42,889 nucleotides of DNA from an uncultured Clostridia bacterium. GTDB taxonomy: Bacteria > Bacillota > Clostridia > TANB77 > CAG-508. Shown piece by piece: positions 10,135 to 18,171 of the stretch (the stretch's first letter is position 1; each line of letters opens with the position of its first letter). The translations under genes and the position numbers were made by a program. The stretch is from the NCBI GenBank assembly GCA_947591055.1, contig CANQCW010000004.1, forward strand, positions 1-42,889, in the 5' to 3' direction. Under the pieces are notes generated by a model. That model was not told the DNA's origin. It was given only the letters and a program-made list of their open reading frames with translations, and made no database searches.

Positions 10135-10231
10135 TTCCTACTTTGGCAAGGATATTCCTACTTTTTTAAGTTCCTACTTTGGCAAGGATATTCCTACTTT
10201 TTTAATTCCCTACTTTAGCAAGGGTATTCTA
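10135..10231 (-). ncRNA. toxI: ToxI-like antitoxin repeat array, about 2.7 x 36 bp
   Basis: TTCCTACTTTGGCAAGGATATTCCTACTTTTTTAAK at 10135 and 10171, partial unit at 10207; promoter TTGACA(10303)-18-TATAAT(10279). Confidence 0.88.
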
Positions 10232-10359
10232 TCTTTTTTATTGATATATTTCTATATCAATATTATTATATATATTATAATATTTTTTTATTCCAATTGT
10301 CAATGTTTTCATAAATTTAAGTTTCATTTTTTGCAGAAATGGGAAGCAATTAGTCAATT

Positions 10360-10908
10360 CTATTCTTCATAAAGTTTCTTATACATTTCATAATCCTTCA
10401 AAATTTTTCTTACATAAGTATTAGTTTCTTTAAATGGTATATTTTCTATATTACTCCCATCTGCTTTTATTATGTTTTCATTTATCCACTTATTAACATT
10501 TCCACTTCCTGCATTATAAGCAGCTAGTGCAACTGAATCTACCTTATAAATATTTTTCAGGTTTGCAAAATACGCTATTCCTAATTTTATATTCTTTTCT
10601 GGATTATAAAGTGTTATTCCTGATTCATATTCCATTACAACATTTTCTGCTACTTCTTTCGCTGTATTTTCCATAAGTTGCATTAACCCTGTTGCTCCTT
10701 TATTTGACAATGCACCTTCATTAAAATTACTTTCTGCTTTTATTATTGCATAGATTAAATATGGATCTACAGAATATTCTTCTGAATATTTTTCAACATA
10801 TTCTTCATATTTTATTTTATAAATTTTCTTTAGTATATAATCTGAATTTGCAATTAAAACTACTATTGCGATTACTACTATAATTACAAATATTATAGCT
10901 TTTTTCAT
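10360..10908 (-). CDS. Lytic transglycosylase (SLT domain)
   Basis: AIIKAESNF, GATGLMQLM, ALAAYNAG, ET..YV; N-terminal TM. Confidence 0.92.
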   Translation of the reverse strand: MKKAIIFVIIVVIAIVVLIANSDYILKKIYKIKYEEYVEKYSEEYSVDPYLIYAIIKAESNFNEGALSNKGATGLMQLMENTAKEVAENVVMEYESGITLYNPEKNIKLGIAYFANLKNIYKVDSVALAAYNAGSGNVNKWINENIIKADGSNIENIPFKETNTYVRKILKDYEMYKKLYEE

Positions 10909-11066
10909 TTAAATTTTTATTCCTTTCTCTCTTTAACTATTAATGTTTTTCTCATTAAAGTATTTTTTGTCTTTTGTTTCATTTTTTTATTTTATTTTAA
11001 TTCACTTTTTTATTTTCATTTACATTTTGATTGTATTTCACTTTTTTAATTTTCATCTTTACTTTT

Positions 11067-13730
11067 TTATTTTGCCTCATACCAACTTTTTGCATATGTT
11101 ACTTCTACTTTAAGTGGTACTTGCAATTTTGTTGCATTTTCCATACTTTCTTTTAGTATTTTTTCAGCTTCTTCTTTTTGCTCTTCTTTAACTTCTAATA
11201 TTAATTCATCATGTACTTGAAGTATAATTTTTGCATCTAAATTTGATTCTTGTAATTTTCTATAAACCGTATTCATTGCTATTTTCATTATATCAGCTGC
11301 TGTTCCTTGTATTGGTGTATTCATTGCTGCTCTTTTTCCGAATTCTCTAACCATATAATTACTTGATTTTAACTCTGGTATATATCTTCTTCTTCCAAAT
11401 GATGTTTCTACATATCCTGTTTCTTTTGCCTTTTCTGTTACTCTTTCCATATATTCTTTTATTCCATTATATTTTTCCAAATAGCTTTCTATATATTGTT
11501 TTGCTTCTTTTCTTCCTATTCCTATTTGTTGTGCCAACCCAAAATCTGTTATTCCATAAACAATTCCAAAGTTTACTGCTTTTGCTCTTGATCTTTGTTC
11601 TTTTGTAACTTCTTCTAATGGAACTCCAAATACTCTTGATGCAACTTCTCTATGAATATCTTCATCATTTTTAAATGCGTTTATCATATTTACATCATTT
11701 GCTATACTTGCTAATACTCTTAATTCTATTTGTGAATAATCGGCATCAATATATACATATCCTTCTTCTGGTTTAAATGCCTTTTTTATATTTCTTCCTA
11801 TTTCTTCACGACTTGGAATATTCTGCAAGTTTGGTTCTGTTGAGCTTATTCTTCCAGTTGCTGTAATTGTTTGATGGAAATATGAATGTATTCTTCCTGT
11901 TTTCTTATTTATATATGGAACAAGTCCTTCTACATAAGTTGAATTTAATTTTGTTAATGTTCTATATTCTAATATTTTTTCTATTATTGGGTGTGCTAGA
12001 ATTAATTTTTCTAATACTGCAACATCTGTGCTATACCCTTTTTTATTTTTTTTGGCACCTGGTAATTTTAATTTTTCAAAAAGTATTGTTCCTAATTGTT
12101 GTGTTGAATTTATATTAAATTCTTCATCTGCTAATTTATATATTTCTTGTGTTAGCTCATCTATTCTTTGTTTTAACTCTTTTCCGAAGTTTACAAGTTC
12201 CTCTTTATCTACTAACATTCCATTAAATTGTATTTCTCCTAATACTGTAATTAATGGAATTTCTATATCTTCAAATAATTTTAAACTTCCTTCTTCCTCT
12301 AACTTTTTTCTTGTTTCTTCATATATTTTTTTAATTGCTAATACATAAAGTCCAATTTCATTTTTGTCGTCTTCTTTTGTGTCAAACAAATTTATTTGCT
12401 TACTTGGAATTAAACTATTTATATCAATATCTAAAAATTGCATTGCAAGTTCTGGTAATTTATGCTTTACATTACTTGGGTCTATATCATAACCAGCTAC
12501 TTCTATATCGTATTTTATTGATTTTATCTTTATGCCATTTTGTCTTAAAAGTACATAATCTTCACTTATATTGTATCCTATTTTTTCTATTTTCTCATTT
12601 TCAAATATTTCTTTTAATTCTTCTAAATCAGGATTTTTTACATAATAAGCTTTTCCATTTTCATATATGCCAATTCCTGTAATTTTCTTTTTTATTATTT
12701 TTTCTTCTTCATCATCTTTTTCTGTTTCTAAATAATAAATCATTGTATTTTCAATAGGAATATCTTTTATACTATTTTTTACTACAGTATCTATTTGAAA
12801 TACATCATCATCTTTTTCTTTAACACTTTCATTTTCTTTTAAGTTAAATCTTTCTATAAAACGATTAAATCTATAATATTTAAAAAGCTTTATAACTTCT
12901 TCCCTGTCCCAATCTTTTATTTTTAAATCTTCTAAACTAAATGGAAGTTCAGCTTCTACATTAATTTTTCCTATCTCTTTTGATATTTCTGCTAAGTTTT
13001 TATTCTCTATTAATTTTTCTCTTAATTTTGGCTTAAATTTTTCACAATTTGTATCTAGTTCTACAGCTTTATATAAGTCTTCTACTGTTTTATATTCTTT
13101 TAATAATTCAGTCGCTGTCTTTGGTCCTACTCCTGGAACTCCTGGAATTTCATCTGATGAATCTCCCATTAAAGCTTTTAATTCTATTAACCCTGCTGGA
13201 GACATCTCATACTCTTCTAGTACCTTATTTAAGTCATAGATTTCCGTTTCCGTCTTTCCCATTTTAGTTCTTGGAATTCTAACTACTATATTTTCATCAA
13301 TTAATTGAAATAAATCTCTATCTCCTGATAAAATATAAGCTTTTACATCACTATTTGAAAATTGTTTCGCACAAGAACCTAAAATGTCATCACCTTCATA
13401 ATTTTCCATTTCTAAAAAATTAATGTTCATTGCTTTTAAAATGTCTTTAATTTCCGGCATCTGCTCAGCAAGTTCATCTGGCATCTTGTGTCTATTTTTT
13501 TTGTAGCCTTCATATTTTTGCTTTCTAACATTTGCACCTGTTTTTGAATCAAATGCAACTAATATATAATTTGGATCAACTTCTTCTAAATTTTTAAATA
13601 GTATTGATAAAAATCCATATAACGCATTTGTATATTTTCCATTTTCAGTTGTAAGCATCTTGCTACTCATAATTCCGTAAAATGCTCTGTTCATTATAGA
13701 ATTTCCATCAATTAAAAGTAATTTTTCCAT
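11067..13730 (-). CDS. polA: DNA polymerase I
   Basis: LLLIDGNS 5'-3' exonuclease start, DYSQIELR, AKAVNFGIVYG, LQVHDEL. Confidence 0.98.
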   Translation of the reverse strand: MEKLLLIDGNSIMNRAFYGIMSSKMLTTENGKYTNALYGFLSILFKNLEEVDPNYILVAFDSKTGANVRKQKYEGYKKNRHKMPDELAEQMPEIKDILKAMNINFLEMENYEGDDILGSCAKQFSNSDVKAYILSGDRDLFQLIDENIVVRIPRTKMGKTETEIYDLNKVLEEYEMSPAGLIELKALMGDSSDEIPGVPGVGPKTATELLKEYKTVEDLYKAVELDTNCEKFKPKLREKLIENKNLAEISKEIGKINVEAELPFSLEDLKIKDWDREEVIKLFKYYRFNRFIERFNLKENESVKEKDDDVFQIDTVVKNSIKDIPIENTMIYYLETEKDDEEEKIIKKKITGIGIYENGKAYYVKNPDLEELKEIFENEKIEKIGYNISEDYVLLRQNGIKIKSIKYDIEVAGYDIDPSNVKHKLPELAMQFLDIDINSLIPSKQINLFDTKEDDKNEIGLYVLAIKKIYEETRKKLEEEGSLKLFEDIEIPLITVLGEIQFNGMLVDKEELVNFGKELKQRIDELTQEIYKLADEEFNINSTQQLGTILFEKLKLPGAKKNKKGYSTDVAVLEKLILAHPIIEKILEYRTLTKLNSTYVEGLVPYINKKTGRIHSYFHQTITATGRISSTEPNLQNIPSREEIGRNIKKAFKPEEGYVYIDADYSQIELRVLASIANDVNMINAFKNDEDIHREVASRVFGVPLEEVTKEQRSRAKAVNFGIVYGITDFGLAQQIGIGRKEAKQYIESYLEKYNGIKEYMERVTEKAKETGYVETSFGRRRYIPELKSSNYMVREFGKRAAMNTPIQGTAADIMKIAMNTVYRKLQESNLDAKIILQVHDELILEVKEEQKEEAEKILKESMENATKLQVPLKVEVTYAKSWYEAK

Positions 13731-13731
13731 A

Positions 13732-15093
13732 TTAAATTTTCCTTTCAGTATAAATCGAATATATTTTTTCTGCTATGCAGTAAAGTGCAAATGTTATAAC
13801 TAACATCATAAAATAATAGCCACCAAAGACATATCCTTCTCCTAAGAAATAAATTATATAATTTGAAAACTCTGCTATTAAAGTTAGTGCTATTACTTTA
13901 TTTATATCTTTTGATTCAAGTTCTGTAAATATACCAAATAGCCACATTATGTACCAAGCTCTAAAGTTTGTAATTGCAAGCAATATAAATAGCATCATAA
14001 GCCACATGTAGTTTTTGCCTTCTTTTTTTCTTCTGATAAATATTTGTATGAAATATGCTATACAAAATACTATTTTTCCTGCAAGTGCTAATTTTGAAAG
14101 TAAATCAAAATTAACTCCATTTAAATATAATTGAAGATATAAAGAATTTGCATATTTGCCTGTCTGGTCAATAACATTTAAAATGCTTGTTATACTTCCA
14201 GTAAAAATAAATGTTAGTCCTAAAAATGCTAGAGCAAATTCTGCTAAATAAATAATCTGCTTTTTAATTTTCTCGTTATTTATTATATATGGCAGTAAAA
14301 GTATAGGTATGTATTTTATAAGAGCACCTAGTACAATACTAATTATAGCTAACCATATTTTGTTTTGTTTTTTCAAATATATTCCAAATAGCGAGAATAA
14401 AATTAAATATATATCATTATGAACATTTATTATTCCTTCAAATAACATTAAAGGATTTAATCCATAAATTAAAACTAATTTTTTATTCTTACTAATCTTC
14501 CAAATCAAGTAACAATTTAGTATGTGAACAATAATATTTAATAATTTAAATAAAAATAATGTACCTAAAGCAGAATTAGTATCTACTCTACCAAGAACTT
14601 TGCATATAGTACCCCATAATGGACCATATATAAATTTGTGTCCAATTCCTGGTGATGCCTGAACTACTTCATCATCAGAGTAATCTTTTTGATGATCATA
14701 AAAGTTTTCTTCATACATATTAATTCCATATTTTGAATCCAATCTTCCAACAGCTGCATAATAATATACGTCAGTGCTGTTGTTTGGCAAAATAATTCCA
14801 GCAATTATTGAAACAATAAAAATAAATATAAAAGTCTTCTTTATTCCCTTTTCATCTGTATCTTTAGACTCTTTAAAAATAATTATCAGATAAGTAACAA
14901 TTAATGTTACTATAAAAATAAGAAATAAAATTAAATTCAAATCAGCTTGCTTATTATTTTTTATAGAATCCAAAATCATAGATGCACCAAAACATTGTAT
15001 CTTTCCTTTTACTTGTATTATGTACATTATATTAAAGATTGCAAAAATTAATAAAATAGCAACCATCATTATTTTAGAAATCGTCTTTTTCAA
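13732..15093 (-). CDS. Polytopic GT-C glycosyltransferase (MptA/MptB or GT87-like)
   Basis: STDVYYY, YGPLW, LNP and HND motifs among many TM helices. Confidence 0.7.
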   Translation of the reverse strand: MKKTISKIMMVAILLIFAIFNIMYIIQVKGKIQCFGASMILDSIKNNKQADLNLILFLIFIVTLIVTYLIIIFKESKDTDEKGIKKTFIFIFIVSIIAGIILPNNSTDVYYYAAVGRLDSKYGINMYEENFYDHQKDYSDDEVVQASPGIGHKFIYGPLWGTICKVLGRVDTNSALGTLFLFKLLNIIVHILNCYLIWKISKNKKLVLIYGLNPLMLFEGIINVHNDIYLILFSLFGIYLKKQNKIWLAIISIVLGALIKYIPILLLPYIINNEKIKKQIIYLAEFALAFLGLTFIFTGSITSILNVIDQTGKYANSLYLQLYLNGVNFDLLSKLALAGKIVFCIAYFIQIFIRRKKEGKNYMWLMMLFILLAITNFRAWYIMWLFGIFTELESKDINKVIALTLIAEFSNYIIYFLGEGYVFGGYYFMMLVITFALYCIAEKIYSIYTERKI

Positions 15094-16719
15094 TTATTTT
15101 CCTCCATCATATTTTTCAAACATATCATATTTATTTAAATTAATAACTATGTAATCATTAAACTCAACAATATTTTTCTTCTCATCATCATTAAGATTTT
15201 CATATTCAAAGTAAGCATTTGCAACTTGCTTTTCAGTAGGATACTTAAAACTAAAACCAAAATAATTAACAAACTTAATAGCTTCCTCTTGAGGTTTTTC
15301 AAAAGCATGTATTCCCCACCAAATTATAGATATACTATTTTCTCTGTGAATACGTCCATATTTTTGCTGGACTTTTGTTGGATTTTCTATGTAAAAAACA
15401 ATAGGTTTATTTTGATAATCATGCCCATTTAATATTTCATAACCAATGCTATTTGCCATCAATTTTTCTCGTTCATATCTTCTGTAATCATTGTAAAAAT
15501 AGTTGTTCAAAGATTTTGTTTGATATAATATCAATAAAATAGCACATATATTAATAACATATTTCAAATTTTTCTTTGTGCAAAAATAATTATAAATGTA
15601 AGCAGATAAAAATGCTGTCGTAATAATTAAAGAAAATAATATTCTGTTTAAAAGAGATAATTGAATTATCGTCAAGAAAAAATTTGAAAATATTATTCCT
15701 AAAAAAGATAATGTTCTTGAAATATTACTTGTTTTTAATAAATGAATAAGTTCCATAATCAATGTAATAAAAAATAGTGTAGTAAAAATAGTTGTTGGAA
15801 AATATTTATTCAAATCACTTATTATCTGATTAAAAAACTTATCTAAAATAATACTCTTCTCTGCCCAAGAACCACTTATAAATTCTTTGCTAAATAATTT
15901 AACTCCAATGGCAGAATAATTTCCAACTAATAAACCATTTTGTTTTAAAATAAAATGAATTAGTGAATTAATTAAGTAATGAATAATTACCCCTATAGCC
16001 AAAATTCCAATATTAAAAAAGAAATATTTAGCTAAGCTTTTATTTTTATCTTCATCAGAAATTGTTTTCAAAAACATAGATAAAAATAAAAATACTAAAA
16101 ATGTTTGTGAGCAAGATTCATAAGTTGAAATAGCAAAAGATAATGCAATTCCGGTAAAACAAAAAAGCTTAAATTTGTTAGTCTGTTTGTTAAAATAATA
16201 TTCATATATAAATATTCCTACAAGAATACTAATAAAATTGCATACTGTAACAGATAAGCAACTTACTTGATAAGTAAAAAAATTGTTAATTATGGGATTA
16301 GAAATAAGTATGCAAGAAAAAATAGTATAAACCCAATCAGACTTTATAATCTTTGAAAAATTTTTTCTAATAAATAAACAAATAGCAAAAGCAATAATAG
16401 CAATCAATATAGCAGTAATACAATCAGTCCAAAAAGGAGTAAACTCTTTAATGTTTAAAATGTTGTAAATAATCCACATGCCATATCTGTTTTGAGAAAG
16501 CCAGTACATACCACCATTTAAATATCTGTCAAAAGAAATGTCATCTATTCCCATAGCTTCATGAGTAATAGTATAACCAAAACTTAAAATAAAAGTAATA
16601 ATCACAGGAATAATATATTTCTTGCTTTTAAAAAAGTATAAAATTTGATCTTTATAATTGTTAATCATTTTCAATAAATCCTCTTTCCCCTTAAATAAAA
16701 AATTACTCTTTAATAGCAA
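15094..16719 (-). CDS. GtrII-like membrane glucosyltransferase
   Basis: IDD..WLSQNRYG after the first TM, many TMs, soluble C-terminal domain; start may be the internal MINNY. Confidence 0.7.
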   Translation of the reverse strand: MLLKSNFLFKGKEDLLKMINNYKDQILYFFKSKKYIIPVIITFILSFGYTITHEAMGIDDISFDRYLNGGMYWLSQNRYGMWIIYNILNIKEFTPFWTDCITAILIAIIAFAICLFIRKNFSKIIKSDWVYTIFSCILISNPIINNFFTYQVSCLSVTVCNFISILVGIFIYEYYFNKQTNKFKLFCFTGIALSFAISTYESCSQTFLVFLFLSMFLKTISDEDKNKSLAKYFFFNIGILAIGVIIHYLINSLIHFILKQNGLLVGNYSAIGVKLFSKEFISGSWAEKSIILDKFFNQIISDLNKYFPTTIFTTLFFITLIMELIHLLKTSNISRTLSFLGIIFSNFFLTIIQLSLLNRILFSLIITTAFLSAYIYNYFCTKKNLKYVINICAILLILYQTKSLNNYFYNDYRRYEREKLMANSIGYEILNGHDYQNKPIVFYIENPTKVQQKYGRIHRENSISIIWWGIHAFEKPQEEAIKFVNYFGFSFKYPTEKQVANAYFEYENLNDDEKKNIVEFNDYIVINLNKYDMFEKYDGGK

Positions 16720-16957
16720 CCATTAATTCATTATCTTGAACTTTTCTTGTAGAGCCTAAATACGAATAATCATCTCCTGTAAAATAAACTTTGTAATTCG
16801 TATTTTCAAGCCTGTTTTTGCTAAGTTCCAAAAACTTGCTTATCTCATCTTCTGTAAGATTATATGTAACTCTAAGCTCAAAAAAAGAAAAAACTAAAAA
16901 ATTGTCATCTTTTTCCTGCTTTTTATCAATAATATTACCAACAAAATTAACATCCAT
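16703..16957 (-). CDS. Hypothetical protein, first gene of the leftward operon
   Basis: GGAGTGA RBS; promoter TTGACG(17030)-17-TATAAT(17007). Confidence 0.75.
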   Translation of the reverse strand: MDVNFVGNIIDKKQEKDDNFLVFSFFELRVTYNLTEDEISKFLELSKNRLENTNYKVYFTGDDYSYLGSTRKVQDNELMVAIKE

Positions 16958-17062
16958 TATATATCACTCCAAAAAGTTATAAATAAAAATCTATTTTGAA
17001 AATTATATATTTTTTAACAATATTCGTCAAGGTAGAAATCAAATAAAAAGCTTAAATAAAAA

Positions 17063-17260
17063 CGCCCCTATCTCCCGGCAAAGCCGGGTATGAAATAAGG
17101 CGCCTAAAAGGCTATAAAAAAAGAAAAACAAAAAAATCATATGCACCCCCGCACAGTAAAAAATCTAAAAAAATTATTCCGGCGTAGCCGGATTATCTAA
17201 AAGGTTACTTTAATTACTTGTGATCCACGGCGGTCTCACAAGATTCTTAGTTAAAGCCGT
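17063..17260. promoter_or_regulatory. GC-rich structured leader or operator region upstream of the surface-protein operon
   Basis: CCCGGC-AAA-GCCGGG (17074-17088), TCCGGC-GTA-GCCGGA (17178-17192), CTTGTGA..TCACAAG stem (~17217-17242). Confidence 0.45.
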
Positions 17261-17354
17261 TCAAAATTTTTAGAAAATAGTTTATTTTTCTATTTTTCTA
17301 TTTTATTTTATATATTTTGTGCTTTTTTGCACTTATTTTAGGAGGTTTTTTATT

Positions 17355-18020
17355 ATGAAAAAAATTACTATTTTATCTATCGTTATCGCTTTAGTTTTAG
17401 CTTGCGCTTTCGGTATTTCTGTTAATGCCGCTGACAATGCTTCTTTTAAGGCTGGCGATACTGTTGTTGTTGAATTTGATTTAAAGGGAACTATGCAAAA
17501 TGGTGATTACAAAGTAACATACAACGACGATGTTTTAACTTTTAAAAGTATTACTCCATGCGCTGACGGTGCTGCTTATACTAAAAATGCAGGCGAAGTT
17601 GTCGCTAGTTTCTTTACACCAGCTCAAAAAGTAGTTGTTACTTTTACAGCTAAAGCTGATTCTACTGTTGAAGCAGCTAACGTTACTTTAGTTCCTAAAC
17701 TTTTCACAAATACTGAAGGTGAAGATGTAAATGTTCAAGCAGGTTCACCTGTTGTAACTGTTACACCTGCAGCTATTGAAGAAAATGTTGTTGAAAACGA
17801 AGTTATAAATGAAGTACCTGCAAATGAAGTTGAAAATGAAGTTTCAAACGAGGTTGCAAATGAAGTTTCAAACGAAGTTTCAACACCTGCTACTTCTAAC
17901 ACTGTTAATAATGATGATGACAAAACTACTTACGATCAAACTGGTGCTAACATAGCTATCGTTGCTGTTGTTGCTCTTGCTGTTGTTCTTGGTTCTGCTA
18001 TCGTTATTAAAAGAAAATAA
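17355..18020 (+). CDS. Cell-wall anchor: signal peptide, cohesin-like domain, NEV-repeat linker, sortase-type signal (YDQTG + TM + KRK)
   Basis: AGGAGG RBS before ATG 17355. AGDTVVVEF..G.YKVTYNDDVLTF resembles a cohesin N-terminus. C-terminal sorting-signal architecture. Confidence 0.75.
   Translation: MKKITILSIVIALVLACAFGISVNAADNASFKAGDTVVVEFDLKGTMQNGDYKVTYNDDVLTFKSITPCADGAAYTKNAGEVVASFFTPAQKVVVTFTAKADSTVEAANVTLVPKLFTNTEGEDVNVQAGSPVVTVTPAAIEENVVENEVINEVPANEVENEVSNEVANEVSNEVSTPATSNTVNNDDDKTTYDQTGANIAIVAVVALAVVLGSAIVIKRK
17793..17883 (+). repeat. Coding ~12-bp tandem repeat (x-N-E-V), about 7 units
   Basis: ENEVINEVPANEVENEVSNEVANEVSNEVS. Confidence 0.8.
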
Positions 18021-18116
18021 TTTACTTTTTTAGTTTACTAATACTTATTTTAGAATGAAAATTATTTAAAAATTTATATTAAAAAAATAAAAAATAAAAA
18101 TATTTAAAAGATTATT

Positions 18117-18143
18117 TTAAGTGTATTAAAAAAATACACTTAA
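18117..18143 (+). promoter_or_regulatory. Intergenic stem-loop without U-tract
   Basis: TTAAGTGTATT-AAAAA-AATACACTTAA, about 15 bp before the RBS of 18172. Confidence 0.5.
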
Positions 18144-18171
18144 GTATATAAAATTTAAGGAGGAATAAAAA

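Noticed and set aside
10103-10372. 89-aa + strand ORF with SYFGKDIPTFL repeats
   Set aside because: Antisense translation of the ToxI array and terminator; no RBS
17063-17260. c-di-GMP or other known riboswitch
   Set aside because: Only a GGCAAA fragment; I could not match a full known consensus by eye
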